DNA of 64,000 nt from Candidatus Latescibacterota bacterium (GCA_965222605.1 OZ244960.1:64001-128000); one strand, 5' to 3'. Positions 37,011 through 47,611 are shown, numbered from the stretch's first letter. The notes: generated from the letters alone by a model not told the origin. Translations and numbers: made by a program.

Positions 37011-37906
37011 TGCTCTGTACGCGCTTGAATATTCGACATATCTTCAATAATCGTGAGCAAACCCGAGTGGTCAAGTTCGCCCCGACCTTTGACCATTGCG
37101 GTCTTGAAAAGCTCAAAAACCTCGCTGGTAACGGGCAAGGGCACGTCGAAATCATTGCTTGTCTTTTGGATGATATTGAGGTCTTTATAGTGCAGACGAA
37201 TGCGAAAGCCGGGATCAAAATCGCCGTTGACCATGCGTTCGCCCCTGTTTTCAAGGACGCCACAGCGAGCGAGGCCCCCGCTGAGCACCTGAACGATTTT
37301 AATCGGATCAACACCCGCTTTGGTGCCCATTGTGAGGGCTTCGGACACGCCAGCAATGGTGACAGCAACGAGGATTTGATTGCACGCTTTCACGGTTTGC
37401 CCCGCGCCGAGAGGGCCACACAAAATCGCACTTTGGCCCATGATATCAAAAAGCGGTTTGACCGTATTGAACGTATCTTCATCGCCGCCAACCATAATGG
37501 AAAGGGTGGCGTTTTGAGCGCCGATGTCGCCGCCGCTGACGGGTGCATCAAGGCTTTGGACGCCTTTTTTTGCGAGTGCCTCCCCTACCTGTGTGGTGAC
37601 ACTGGGCGCAATCGTGCTCATATCGACGAAAATCAGGCCCTCGTGCGCGCCTTCAATAATGCCGCCCTCGCCCAAAGCAACACTCTCAACATCGGGCGAA
37701 TCGGGCAACATAGTGATAAGGATATCGCTTTGCTCTGCCACCTCTTTGCCAGAGTGCGCTTCTGCTGCTCCTTTTCCCACGAGTTCATCGACCGCATCGC
37801 GATTGCGGTTGTGTACGACGAGTTCATATCCAGCATCTATCAAATGACTGGCCATCGGCTTCCCCATAATTCCAAGACCGATAAATCCAATTTTTGGTTT
37901 TGACAT
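37004..37906 (-). CDS. 2-hydroxy-3-oxopropionate reductase (GarR/GlxR family)
   Basis: GFIGLGIMGKPMA, DAPVSGGDIGA, GAGQTVKACNQ and FRIRLHYKDL motifs. Confidence 0.9.
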   Translation of the reverse strand: MSKPKIGFIGLGIMGKPMASHLIDAGYELVVHNRNRDAVDELVGKGAAEAHSGKEVAEQSDILITMLPDSPDVESVALGEGGIIEGAHEGLIFVDMSTIAPSVTTQVGEALAKKGVQSLDAPVSGGDIGAQNATLSIMVGGDEDTFNTVKPLFDIMGQSAILCGPLGAGQTVKACNQILVAVTIAGVSEALTMGTKAGVDPIKIVQVLSGGLARCGVLENRGERMVNGDFDPGFRIRLHYKDLNIIQKTSNDFDVPLPVTSEVFELFKTAMVKGRGELDHSGLLTIIEDMSNIQARTEQS

Positions 37907-38041
37907 GTGTTAAATCCCTTTCAATAGATGGTTTCTCTTATCCTGCGGCCTGCGATAAATATAATCGCCTGCTCCCCATTCCTCAACTTCAATCGGCAAA
38001 AAACTATCGGCGGACACTCCTGGTTTGTTCATTTTTACTTC

Positions 38042-38968
38042 TCACAAGGACTTCTTCAACTCCGCAAGCGAGGGAAAGGCATGGCGCTCCCACACCCGCA
38101 CGACCACCCCATCCACAATATAGGCCAACCTCGGGTAGCCCTGTCCATGGGTCAATCGCTTAAAATCCGCGAGAGAAATTGCGGCGATGGTGAAGCGCGG
38201 TCGAAACTGCATTTTGAACTGCACGGTCGCGGGATGGTCTTTGGGATACTGGCTCAAAGCAATTAATTTGGGCACCTCTGGATCGGCCGCCCAGACATTG
38301 AGCTTGGGCACGGCGGCCTGGCAATAGTGGCAGGTTGGACTGAACAACTCGATCAGATAGGCTCCCTGAGTCAAATCGATATTCGCATCCAGCACGGATA
38401 CACCTTTCAGATAATTACCCACCTGCAGGTCTGAGTCAGCTATGCGATCGCGCTCGGGCAAATAGCGAAAACCCAGCACCGTTAGAGAAACCAATCCGCC
38501 GACCAGGACCACCCATCGCCCCCATGCCCATAGCGCAACAGACCGCCGACGCAGCCCCCACCATGAAAAGACCAACAGCCCCAACATGAGAAAATTTTCC
38601 ACCATTGCCTCAACCGGCGACCGATCGATTAGAGTGCCAAAACATCCACAACTCTCCCCCATTCCCCGATGCCATGCATGAGCGGTAATCGCGATAAAAA
38701 AAACCATCATCACCGCACCTATGGGCAAAACGAGACGCGGCTTCCAATCGACCAAAAGCGCGAGACCCACCAGACATTCCAGCGGGCCGAGCAACAGTGC
38801 CAAACTGGCGACCATCTCCACTGTCTCGCGCCCGACAAAAATCTGGGCAGGCATCGAAGCCTCCCAAAAAAAGAGCACGGGATCCCATATCTTAGTCAGA
38901 CCAGCCACCAAAAAAACCACCCCCATAATCCGCTGGCTTATCCACAGGCTCTTTTCTAATCCACTCAT
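38042..38968 (-). CDS. MauE/DoxX membrane protein fused to a thioredoxin-like domain
   Basis: TM helices with SCGCFG; C-terminal FSPTCHYC...YP. Confidence 0.75.
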   Translation of the reverse strand: MSGLEKSLWISQRIMGVVFLVAGLTKIWDPVLFFWEASMPAQIFVGRETVEMVASLALLLGPLECLVGLALLVDWKPRLVLPIGAVMMVFFIAITAHAWHRGMGESCGCFGTLIDRSPVEAMVENFLMLGLLVFSWWGLRRRSVALWAWGRWVVLVGGLVSLTVLGFRYLPERDRIADSDLQVGNYLKGVSVLDANIDLTQGAYLIELFSPTCHYCQAAVPKLNVWAADPEVPKLIALSQYPKDHPATVQFKMQFRPRFTIAAISLADFKRLTHGQGYPRLAYIVDGVVVRVWERHAFPSLAELKKSL

Positions 38969-39009
38969 AGATATTTTCCTCTCAAACTGATCGTCAATAA
39001 TTGCGTCAT

Positions 39010-39840
39010 TCAGTCAATAAATAACGGCTGATCGGATCGCGGTACAATACCCGCTTCTTCTGCCCGCGCAAAAAGATCGACTAGCGCAGCCTCGCCATCT
39101 GCACCGTAATCCAACGTGTATTCATTGACGTAGAGATCGATATGTTGCTGCATCACAGCTTCGTCCATCTCCTGTGCGTAATGGCGGATATAATTTTTAA
39201 CCGAATCGGGGTTGGTATGTGCATATTCTACACTGGCGCAAAGAGATACATCAATTTGTTGAATTTTTTCTTTGCCGAGATCGCGTCGGGCAAGAATACC
39301 GCCGAGCGGAATGGGATGCCCCGTAGTTACCTCCCACCATTCGCCCAGGTCAATAACCTTGTGCAAGCCATAATCGGGATAGGTAAATCGCGATTCGTGG
39401 ATGATCACGCCGGCATCAACATCGCCTTTTTGCGTGGCCTCCATAATCTCGTGAAAAGGCATTGCGACGAGGTTGTCAAGTGCAGGATTAAAGAGACGCA
39501 GCAAGAGCGCGGCTGTGGTGAGTTTGCCGGGAATGGCAATGCGTTTGCTCAACAGATCGCGCGGATCGAGGGCATCAGACGCGATAACAAGCGGTCCACA
39601 CCCACGCCCCAATGCCCCGCCTGAATGCAGCAGACAATACCGGTCGCGCATAAATGCAAAGGCATGGAATGATATCTTGGTCATATCCAATTTACCAGCC
39701 ATAGCCATGCGATTCAGGGTCTCGATATCTTCGAGAATCTCGCGGTATCTGGGTGCGCCATCAATTTTCCCGTGAACCAGACCGTAAAAAATATACGTGT
39801 CATTGGGACAAGGAGAATAACCGAGAGAAATGCGGGACAT
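39010..39840 (-). CDS. mqnD: 1,4-dihydroxy-6-naphthoate synthase (futalosine pathway)
   Basis: SPCPNDTYIF, GALGRGCGP, IIHESRFTY, PIPLG and HIDLYVN motifs. Confidence 0.92.
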   Translation of the reverse strand: MSRISLGYSPCPNDTYIFYGLVHGKIDGAPRYREILEDIETLNRMAMAGKLDMTKISFHAFAFMRDRYCLLHSGGALGRGCGPLVIASDALDPRDLLSKRIAIPGKLTTAALLLRLFNPALDNLVAMPFHEIMEATQKGDVDAGVIIHESRFTYPDYGLHKVIDLGEWWEVTTGHPIPLGGILARRDLGKEKIQQIDVSLCASVEYAHTNPDSVKNYIRHYAQEMDEAVMQQHIDLYVNEYTLDYGADGEAALVDLFARAEEAGIVPRSDQPLFID

Positions 39841-39868
39841 TGTGTACCTCATGTCATGTGATTTATCC

Positions 39869-39894
39869 GGGACGGCACAGGGGCCGTCCCCTAC
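39869..39894 (-). repeat. GTAG-type REP-like palindrome
   Basis: Minus strand GTAG-GGGACGGC-ccctgt-GCCGTCCC. Confidence 0.7.
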
Positions 39895-39912
39895 CGTGTA
39901 GCGCGTAATCTC

Positions 39913-40635
39913 CTACCCCAATGCTTCAATGAATTTTCGCGCTGCGATTTGCACGCGCTGAACAGATCGGGGAATATCCCAGGCGTCTTTATTTCGGTCT
40001 TCCACGCGGTTGCTGATAGCACGCAGTTCGAGGAATGGAACCGCATAAAGGGTACAAATATGCGCCGCGGCCGCGCCCTCCATATTTTCGCATATCGCCT
40101 TGAAACGCGCTGCCAGTTCATTTCCAATATCCTCGCGTCCCGTACATTGTTGCACCGTGACAAAAGGACCTTGCACAACATGTTCGCCCGATTGTTCGAG
40201 TATGTGTTGCGCTTTGGCGACAAGCGTGGGATCGAGAGAATACGTATTGTAATAATCGCGGTTGGTCGATAGGACGGGAATGCCGATCTCATCGGCAGGA
40301 AACCAGCCAGCAGATGTGATAACGCCTAAATCGCCATAATTTTCTTCGGTCGCAAGTGCGAGATCGCCTTTGTCCAGGCCACTGTCGAGATAAGCACCGC
40401 CAATGCCGATTTGCAGGACGAGTTTGGGATCGATTTCTTGCAGTGCAACAGTCAGAGCCTGCGCCGTATTGACCGCGCCAATACCCGTTTCAACAAGAAC
40501 AACGGGCCTGATGCCAATCAGGCCGCGAACCCAGGCGCGATGTCCCATGCGTTGTGTCGTCACCTGTTGAAGGCTGTCGCGCAAACGCTGTTGCTCATAA
40601 GCCGTAGCTGTCAGGACGATCAAAAGATCGGGCAT
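39913..40635 (-). CDS. mqnB: Futalosine hydrolase
   Basis: TGIGAVNTA, GIGGAY, ENMEGAA and RAISNRVEDR motifs; adjacent to mqnD. Confidence 0.9.
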   Translation of the reverse strand: MPDLLIVLTATAYEQQRLRDSLQQVTTQRMGHRAWVRGLIGIRPVVLVETGIGAVNTAQALTVALQEIDPKLVLQIGIGGAYLDSGLDKGDLALATEENYGDLGVITSAGWFPADEIGIPVLSTNRDYYNTYSLDPTLVAKAQHILEQSGEHVVQGPFVTVQQCTGREDIGNELAARFKAICENMEGAAAAHICTLYAVPFLELRAISNRVEDRNKDAWDIPRSVQRVQIAARKFIEALG

Positions 40636-40645
40636 GGTCGAGCAC

Positions 40646-41665
40646 CTAAAAAGAAAAGGGCATCTTCAGAGGCACGGTTCGCTGCGCAGGCTCGTACCAT
40701 CCCTGAGGGGCAAAATGATCGGAATGCAAATAGCATTTTACATCTACCCGATCACAACCCTCTGTAAAGGTCAAAACGCGACTCATCGGCACGTTCTTTT
40801 GCCCGTGAAATTTTGAAATCGCAGCGACGTTAATAAATGTCGCGCCCCACTTCTGTTCCACATGCGAACGCCCGCCAGTGGTATCTTCGGGATTTGTGTG
40901 CGTGTGCCCGCCCAGCCAGATATCACAAACACCGGGATTATCTGCCAGAACACCTTCAAACTGTCCGCTATCTGGTTTGCCCCCCACCCAGTAGAGATAC
41001 GAAGCTCCAATAGGCGCGCCATCGTCAAAACGACCGTGATAGCCTTCATCCACCCCCACCCAATCGAGCGAAGCAACCGTCGTCTCTTTTAACATGTGGT
41101 GATGTGCCGAAATGATAATTTTATCCCGATTGGAAAGCACCATATCGCGCCACCATTCAAATGTCTCCTGCGTGACTGCGCCTGCGGGATAACCGCCCCT
41201 TTCTCCTCGCCCTACAGGCGGCCCTCCATCATTGCGATCCCCCATACACAGGAACAGGATATTCCCCACCTCAAAAGAATACCGATCCCACTGCCCGGTT
41301 ACGGAATACGGTCGTTGGTCGGCATAAACACCCGAATATTCGGAGTTTTCCCCCATCGGATCCACCCACTTTTGAAACCACCACTGCGTCTCTTCATCAG
41401 GCCCACTCGCATCGTGATTGCCCACGATATTGTAAAAATGCGATCGCGGGTGTTTGGTCGATACACGGTATTGCCGAACCACCTCCTCGCCTTCTTCATC
41501 GTCGGGCGGTTCCTGCGCGCCGGATAGATCGCCAATATCGAGCATCACATCCCATTCAAAATCCCGCTCTGCCTGCAAAATAGCTGTTTCCAAACTCTTT
41601 CGTCCCTGCCGCAGATCCGTTCCCACATGTGCATCCCCACCAGCCCAGAGTGTAAATGCGTTCAT
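40646..41665 (-). CDS. Calcineurin-like metallophosphoesterase
   Basis: DAH, GD, GNHD, HH and GHTH metal motifs; ATGA-coupled to the upstream gene. Confidence 0.8.
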   Translation of the reverse strand: MNAFTLWAGGDAHVGTDLRQGRKSLETAILQAERDFEWDVMLDIGDLSGAQEPPDDEEGEEVVRQYRVSTKHPRSHFYNIVGNHDASGPDEETQWWFQKWVDPMGENSEYSGVYADQRPYSVTGQWDRYSFEVGNILFLCMGDRNDGGPPVGRGERGGYPAGAVTQETFEWWRDMVLSNRDKIIISAHHHMLKETTVASLDWVGVDEGYHGRFDDGAPIGASYLYWVGGKPDSGQFEGVLADNPGVCDIWLGGHTHTNPEDTTGGRSHVEQKWGATFINVAAISKFHGQKNVPMSRVLTFTEGCDRVDVKCYLHSDHFAPQGWYEPAQRTVPLKMPFSF

Positions 41666-42537
41666 TGCGATCCCCGCCAACCGATATCAATACTCGTGTA
41701 CCCATCTGTATATCGCTTCAAATGATCCGGTATATTTTTCAAAAACCACCGGCCCGACTCCGGTATCTCCCACGGAATATCAATCCTGTGATTGCGATCT
41801 CTAAACCCAATCGCACACGAAAGGCGCGTCTCGTCCAACCGATTGTGAAATGCCCCGTGGTACGTACGGTGGGCAAACACAATCATATCTCCCCCATTTG
41901 TGAACAGAGGCACCAGCCCCGGAATATCAAATCCCGCGTAGCGGTGTTCTTCATTGCCTTCGGGATAAAATGAGCGTCGGTCCGCAGTCATCTTAAATCC
42001 CTCAGGGCCTTCCCAGCCCTCCACATGAGAATCTTCGATCACGCACAGACCACCGTGAACCGGACGCGACCCTGTCAGATAAAACCACTTGCCCGACGGC
42101 CAGAGTCCGCGATTCAACACATCGCCCGAGTTCAAGACTTTATTGGAAAAACCACACCAATCCGTGTGCCACCCCACGGGCTGAGACCCCGACATGCGAA
42201 TAATCGCAGCAGAGCGATGGACGGTCAGACCATCTGTACCGATCAAATACCGGTGAATATCCATAAATGGCTCGTATTCCAAAAGTTCCCAGGCACCCGG
42301 TCCAGATTCGATCCACGCATGTCGCGTGCGACTCTGCCCACGCTCTATCGTCCCGTCTGGATCGGTGCCGTCATACACTGCCTGTTTGAGTTTTTCGACA
42401 ATCTCATCTGGCAACACGTCTTTAATAATCGCAAACCCGTGTGCCTCCAGACATTCGGACATTGCATCGAGTTCATCTGTCGCAAACTCATAGCGATAGC
42501 CCAAATCGGGCTTTTTAATATGTGAGTAGTCTGCCAT
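41662..42537 (-). CDS. PhyH-family 2OG/Fe(II) dioxygenase
   Basis: WHTD...YHG...R facial-triad pattern; GGAGG RBS. Confidence 0.8.
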   Translation of the reverse strand: MADYSHIKKPDLGYRYEFATDELDAMSECLEAHGFAIIKDVLPDEIVEKLKQAVYDGTDPDGTIERGQSRTRHAWIESGPGAWELLEYEPFMDIHRYLIGTDGLTVHRSAAIIRMSGSQPVGWHTDWCGFSNKVLNSGDVLNRGLWPSGKWFYLTGSRPVHGGLCVIEDSHVEGWEGPEGFKMTADRRSFYPEGNEEHRYAGFDIPGLVPLFTNGGDMIVFAHRTYHGAFHNRLDETRLSCAIGFRDRNHRIDIPWEIPESGRWFLKNIPDHLKRYTDGYTSIDIGWRGSQ

Positions 42538-42611
42538 CTTTTCCTCCATTGATCGCGGATGAAGCAGAAGCACCGCCCCTGTGTTCATACTGGACTGCTT
42601 CTCTCACCTTC

Positions 42612-42642
42612 TATCTGCGTTCATCTGTGTTTATCGGTGGTT
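42612..42642. repeat. Short intergenic repeat-type sequence
   Basis: ATCTGCGTTCATCTGTGTTTATCGGTGG with ~10-nt periodicity. Confidence 0.4.
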
Positions 42643-42653
42643 GCTTTTGCACC

Positions 42654-43667
42654 TTACCCAGGTGGATCAGAAGACAGGGCATTTCCATCTGTCACCTGGC
42701 ACCCGGCTAACAACACTTCTTGCACGGTCAAATCGTGTGCCTGAGAATAATCCGGTTCTTTCTCGCCATTCATGCACGCCCTCACCTCCCTCAACAGCGT
42801 TGGAAAACTATCGGGAGGTTCAATCTCCAATTCTTGCCAGCCGCTCTGATACCCTTCGGCTTCCTCTTCCAAACACAAACTCAGATTATTGGAGCCAATA
42901 GGCGCGTGAATCGCTGTTCCCGCCGTCCCATGCACTTCAATCCGCCGCGCCATACCCACCTGCATGGCGGCCATGTCAATCGTGCCCAGGCCGCGTTCAA
43001 AATCGTGTACCACAACCGCATTGTCAACGACGACTCGCTTGCCGTAATGTTTTCGAAGAATGGGATGCACATCTGTCGGGAGACCCATCAGAGCCACCAT
43101 AATATCTATGAGATGACCCGCCATTTCAAAATAAATCCCTCCGTGATAAATGCCGTTCTCCTCTTCCAATTCAGTGCGCCAACTGTGGGGCTTTGGGATA
43201 TGCCCGCGGTAAGCGTAAATATCACCCAACACACCCAGCTTCGCCAATCGAATAATCTCGTGAACGCCCGGGTTATAACGCCACATATAAGCCAAATTGA
43301 GTACCAGTTGTTTGTCCGATGCCATTTTTTGGATGCGCTTAAACTGGTCCAGATTAACACCCGCGGGCTTTTCCAGCAATACGTGCTTGCCTGCGGTGAG
43401 TGCTCGTTCGGCATAATCCAAATTCTGATAGACATGCCCTTCTACAATAACAGCATCGACCTCACTGTTTAAAACAGCGTCAACCGAATCGAAAACGGGA
43501 ATATCCAGACCCTCTTCCTCGCTCTTTTCCTGCCGAATCGCAATCACTTCGGGATCGGGATCGTACATGCCAATGAACTGAACCTCATCGGGCGATCGCG
43601 CAGCTTCGCGCAAGTGCATACCCGTATGACTGTGCCAGCAACCTAAAAATGCAACTTTTAATGCCAT
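42654..43667 (-). CDS. Gfo/Idh/MocA oxidoreductase
   Basis: AGKHVLLEKP, YMWRYNP and EMAGHLID motifs. Confidence 0.9.
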   Translation of the reverse strand: MALKVAFLGCWHSHTGMHLREAARSPDEVQFIGMYDPDPEVIAIRQEKSEEEGLDIPVFDSVDAVLNSEVDAVIVEGHVYQNLDYAERALTAGKHVLLEKPAGVNLDQFKRIQKMASDKQLVLNLAYMWRYNPGVHEIIRLAKLGVLGDIYAYRGHIPKPHSWRTELEEENGIYHGGIYFEMAGHLIDIMVALMGLPTDVHPILRKHYGKRVVVDNAVVVHDFERGLGTIDMAAMQVGMARRIEVHGTAGTAIHAPIGSNNLSLCLEEEAEGYQSGWQELEIEPPDSFPTLLREVRACMNGEKEPDYSQAHDLTVQEVLLAGCQVTDGNALSSDPPG

Positions 43668-43681
43668 TGAAAACTCCTTTT

Positions 43682-46318
43682 CTATTTCACCTCAAAATCA
43701 CCCGGGCCAACCGCGTGTTGTTCCACACCCCCATCTCGAATGGTCACAAACGCCGATGTCCGAATCTGCAACTGTACTGTGCCCTCAATCTCTCGAAGCG
43801 GAAAAAAGCAATGCGCCATTCCCGTATTTGTAATGCGAAAACCGGGATCGTCTTCGAGAATGACCTTCTCTCCCTCCGCGTGTTGAACGCGCAACCCGCG
43901 CGTGGTGCCATCGCCAAATGTCACCACAGCAACAGCTCCATCTATCTCATCCATTTCGGTTGTGCCACTCACGACCAATGCATGGTACGGCGCACCATCC
44001 TGTATTCGCAATACATCTGTGACCTGCCCCATAAGGATTCCACCACCTGTTAATTGCGCGGTTTGCCATTGTATCTTCTCTCCGCCCCATAAACCCATAA
44101 CTCGCGCCTCCCCATTCTGTTCGCGCACAAAACCGACTTCGCCTTGAAATGTGAGATCGTCAGCACGAAAGACTTCTGTGCCGGGTTGCAGAACAATGTG
44201 GTCCGTAACCCCCCGGTGGCGCACTTTCAGGTACACGCCGCGCTCGCCAATATCCTCTACCTCAACGGAATCGATAAACGCCTTATCCCGAAACGGTTCG
44301 TGGATAGCCAGGAATCGACTGGGTGATTGACCTTTTTGTCGAACCATCAACATGGGCATGCGAAAGCGATCGAGTAGCGGTTCGTCTTCGTCTGCACGCC
44401 GCACAGAGGGCGCGTCCCCTACAAAAAGTTCGCTATCCGCCAGTCCCACAAGATGAATACGCACGGCAACGGCATCATCCCCATGAAATGTGACACGCGC
44501 ATTCTCTGCCCCCCTGTTCTGCAACACATTCTGGAAAAATGCAAGCGCGACATTCCGCCCTTCTGCGTCTCCATCGTCGCGTTCGTGTTCTGGAAATCGC
44601 ACCTTCACACCCGGCAAAAGATTTTCACCATAGTGTTGCAAAGGCACATTGGCCTCTACCCGCATATCGCCATCCGCACTTCCGTGCATAACCCAATCGC
44701 GCTGATCTCCGCCCCGAACGCGGAAGAGGTCAACCACATAGTGATCCTCTCCCCCCGCATTTACAAGCATGACCAGTCGCCGATATTCTTCGGCAAGTTC
44801 GGGATACACATCCTCCCCACTCGCTTCCACCCATTGCACCGCGTCATAAGCGGCTTCAAAAGCCAGTAGAGAACCGTCTGTTATGTCCCTTCTATCGGTG
44901 TGCTGCTCTTTTTCATCGATCAATACGGTATTGTGACACAAGGTACTCGCTGCCCAGCTTCGATATCGGGTATGGGTATAGCCCACGTCGGAGAGCAGTT
45001 CCTGCCCCCTGGCAAAAAGCATCAAGTTCAAATTGTCCGCATGGGCATGCCCATAAGCCCCCGAAAAGTGTAGATGCACCTGCACTTGATGTTCGCCCTT
45101 CCCCCTCCCCAACCACGCATGCCCAACACCCGGCAGCAGTGTCGCATGCGATTGTTCAAGCGGTTTCACATTTGGATCAACCCGCCGACTATCCAACCGC
45201 GCCCAGGCATCGTGTATTGGAATCCATCGTCCATCGGGATATCTGCAAATATCCAGAAGCCGATTTGCCTTTCTCACAATATCAATATCGCGCTCCAAAT
45301 CGAGATTATCGTATCGCACCCCATCATCCGACACATAACCCAATGGGTCGGAATACCCCTTTAGCGCATCAAAAACCCCCTGCATACCGGCCATTGTCAT
45401 CCGGTGGTACCCCAAACTGCCTTCATGCCAAAATCCATCCGCATAAAATTGACGCTCAAACAGCCCGAGACTGCGTCGAATGGCTTCGTGTACGAGTTCT
45501 GGATCATTTAGAACGCGACCAATTACCGCATACCCGACATAAATCCGAGGGCTTGCATTGCCATAAGTAATCTCTTGAAAACCTTCCTGGCGAATGGCTC
45601 CGCAAAAAAAATCGTCCTCAATCCGCTGCTTGACATCAACCCCAATCGCATCGGACAATCGCTCCAGTTCACCACTTGTATAAATCGCATCATAAGCCCT
45701 GGCCAGATTGGTCGGCATTTCATCTGCGCGCCACCGCCCCCACTTTCCCCCAAAATTTGGATAGGGTGGTTCAAACACAAATCCCTTTTGTTCGTGTGCC
45801 CGATCATAACTCACCAGAAAACCCGGATAATACCGCGCAAATGCATCCAGAATCAGTGCCGCGCGCCGCGCATACGCCACATCACCAGTCGCCTGGTACA
45901 ACTGCCCCAAATCTTCGGCGATCGCCGCAAAATACACACGCGCTTCCCGCCACGCCTTTGCCTGGAAATGATACCGATATCCCGTCTCATCTTCCCAAAA
46001 CGGATATGTCGCTGTCTCCCCCACCGGGTTGACGACCATCAGCACCTGATCATCGGGATACGTCTCATTGGGAAACACCGCCTCACAATAGCGACACTGC
46101 ACGTGATGTGGATCTTTAATTGACCATCGCAACTGTCCCTCTTGAGCTCCCGCATCGCAATCGGGACATCCCACAAATCGAAATCCCGTCTTATCGGGGA
46201 TCAGCGCCACCAACTCCGCTTCGGAAAGTGCCATTACTAACCGCACGCGCCGCTTCAAACGCGCGACTTCCTTCTCGGTTAAGCTCACCTGATAAACCGG
46301 ATGTTCACTGGCTTGCAT
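43682..46318 (-). CDS. Heparinase II/III-like polysaccharide lyase
   Basis: DGFWHEGSLGYH, GHAHAD, DVGYT and HNTVLID motifs; AGGAG RBS before ATG 46318 (the track start at 46507 overlaps the upstream gene). Confidence 0.8.
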   Translation of the reverse strand: MQASEHPVYQVSLTEKEVARLKRRVRLVMALSEAELVALIPDKTGFRFVGCPDCDAGAQEGQLRWSIKDPHHVQCRYCEAVFPNETYPDDQVLMVVNPVGETATYPFWEDETGYRYHFQAKAWREARVYFAAIAEDLGQLYQATGDVAYARRAALILDAFARYYPGFLVSYDRAHEQKGFVFEPPYPNFGGKWGRWRADEMPTNLARAYDAIYTSGELERLSDAIGVDVKQRIEDDFFCGAIRQEGFQEITYGNASPRIYVGYAVIGRVLNDPELVHEAIRRSLGLFERQFYADGFWHEGSLGYHRMTMAGMQGVFDALKGYSDPLGYVSDDGVRYDNLDLERDIDIVRKANRLLDICRYPDGRWIPIHDAWARLDSRRVDPNVKPLEQSHATLLPGVGHAWLGRGKGEHQVQVHLHFSGAYGHAHADNLNLMLFARGQELLSDVGYTHTRYRSWAASTLCHNTVLIDEKEQHTDRRDITDGSLLAFEAAYDAVQWVEASGEDVYPELAEEYRRLVMLVNAGGEDHYVVDLFRVRGGDQRDWVMHGSADGDMRVEANVPLQHYGENLLPGVKVRFPEHERDDGDAEGRNVALAFFQNVLQNRGAENARVTFHGDDAVAVRIHLVGLADSELFVGDAPSVRRADEDEPLLDRFRMPMLMVRQKGQSPSRFLAIHEPFRDKAFIDSVEVEDIGERGVYLKVRHRGVTDHIVLQPGTEVFRADDLTFQGEVGFVREQNGEARVMGLWGGEKIQWQTAQLTGGGILMGQVTDVLRIQDGAPYHALVVSGTTEMDEIDGAVAVVTFGDGTTRGLRVQHAEGEKVILEDDPGFRITNTGMAHCFFPLREIEGTVQLQIRTSAFVTIRDGGVEQHAVGPGDFEVK

Positions 46319-46436
46319 AGCCGACACTCCTGTAAAAATTTGGATTGTAATCAGAATAAGCATGCGTATTGATATTGACAGCCATCCACCGGTATTCTGC
46401 CATTGCAATAGACATCGGAGCATTGAAAGTACCCAT

Positions 46437-46946
46437 TTAAAGAAGTTCGCTAATATTCTGAACAGGTGAAAAGTATCCTGCATCAACCATAGCTTGAAGA
46501 ACAGCATCAGCCGCTTGGGGTGTTAATATCTCATCACGGCAACACACTTTGAGAATACCAATTGTTCCCGTAAATTGCACATTCCGTTCTACACAACAGT
46601 CTCTGGCAGCCTTATCATCTGTAGCGACAATTCCACCACGGCTTTGCACACAGGCAATACAGGAAGCTTCGCCCGGTGACAAGATTCGCAATAAATCACG
46701 AAATATTTCTCTTTCCCGACCTTTCAAAATGTCCGCTTGAGCAAACACACCTGTCCTGACAGCATCTTCTATTTCTCGCAATGCATGATATCCTTCCATA
46801 ATACCATCGGTAATTTCATCCAAAACAGGAGATGTAATCTGAATCCTGGAACCATAACGCGCGATCAGCAAATCCAGATGGTTTGTCAGTGCAAAATTGC
46901 ATAATGTCACTGTGTCAAAGTAATAATGAGACATATCTTCAAGCAT
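46437..46946 (-). CDS. DUF3368-like PIN-domain toxin (intact)
   Basis: FDTVTLCNF, LSPGEASCI, TDDKAAR and GTIGIL motifs; start overlaps the antitoxin stop. Confidence 0.85.
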   Translation of the reverse strand: MLEDMSHYYFDTVTLCNFALTNHLDLLIARYGSRIQITSPVLDEITDGIMEGYHALREIEDAVRTGVFAQADILKGREREIFRDLLRILSPGEASCIACVQSRGGIVATDDKAARDCCVERNVQFTGTIGILKVCCRDEILTPQAADAVLQAMVDAGYFSPVQNISELL

Positions 46947-47253
46947 TGGCGGTATCCTCATCGGCATACGCACTATTCTGATCAATCCCATGTTCCTTGA
47001 GCCACTGCCTCAATTGTAAAATGTGCATTCCCATCACACGCGCCAGTTTACCAAGGCTAATGAATCCACCTTGATAAGCTACAAGTGCCTGGCTTTGATG
47101 CAGGGGCAGATCGACAAATGAAATTTGGTAACATGCCGAAAGCGCCTCGCGCACGAGTTGGTCTTTGCTTTTACGCCGAGATTTTGCCAACATCTTGAGT
47201 CTCTCATCCATCTCGCTGTCGAGTTTTACATGCAACGTCGTTTCTTGTGCCAT
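46939..47253 (-). CDS. RHH/CopG + UPF0175 antitoxin
   Basis: TLHVKLD...SKDQLVREAL and YQGGFISLGKLA; GGAGG RBS. Confidence 0.85.
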   Translation of the reverse strand: MAQETTLHVKLDSEMDERLKMLAKSRRKSKDQLVREALSACYQISFVDLPLHQSQALVAYQGGFISLGKLARVMGMHILQLRQWLKEHGIDQNSAYADEDTANA

Positions 47254-47278
47254 GTGTTACCTCCCCAAAATATGTGCA

Positions 47279-47307
47279 TTGACATGATATATACAGTTCT
47301 CTACATT
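47279..47307 (+). promoter_or_regulatory. Sigma70 promoter, probably leaderless mRNA
   Basis: TTGACA-17-TACATT, 7 nt before ATG 47315. Confidence 0.65.
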
Positions 47308-47314
47308 GTGCCAT

Positions 47315-47611
47315 ATGGAAATTGACAAACTGAAAAAGCGCCTGCGAAAAAACCGTCCTATGACCATCGTATCTATTCGGTTTCCCGAAGATGTTATCGA
47401 CGATTTAAAGCAAGTTGCACCAATGCTGGGCTTCTCCGGATACCAACCACTCATTCGAGCTTACGTCGGTCAGGGCTTGCGTGTGGATCTTGAACGCTTA
47501 GATCAGGAACTTCTACCCGCTTTGGTTAATAACTTAAAAAAACGCGGTATCAGTGAAGCAATAATCACCGAAGCTTTGGCAGAAGCAAGTCGGGAACCAA
47601 AACCGCAATAA
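47315..47611 (+). CDS. Orphan CopG/BrnA-like antitoxin
   Basis: RPMTIVSIRFPEDVIDDLK.VAP.LGFSGYQPLIRAYVGQGLR; no toxin gene upstream. Confidence 0.75.
   Translation: MEIDKLKKRLRKNRPMTIVSIRFPEDVIDDLKQVAPMLGFSGYQPLIRAYVGQGLRVDLERLDQELLPALVNNLKKRGISEAIITEALAEASREPKPQ

Noticed and set aside
37025-37903. 292-aa plus-strand ORF
   Set aside because: Antisense shadow of the tartronate semialdehyde reductase gene.
46319-46507. N-terminal extension of the heparinase ORF
   Set aside because: Overlaps the PIN toxin gene; an AGGAG RBS supports the start at 46318.
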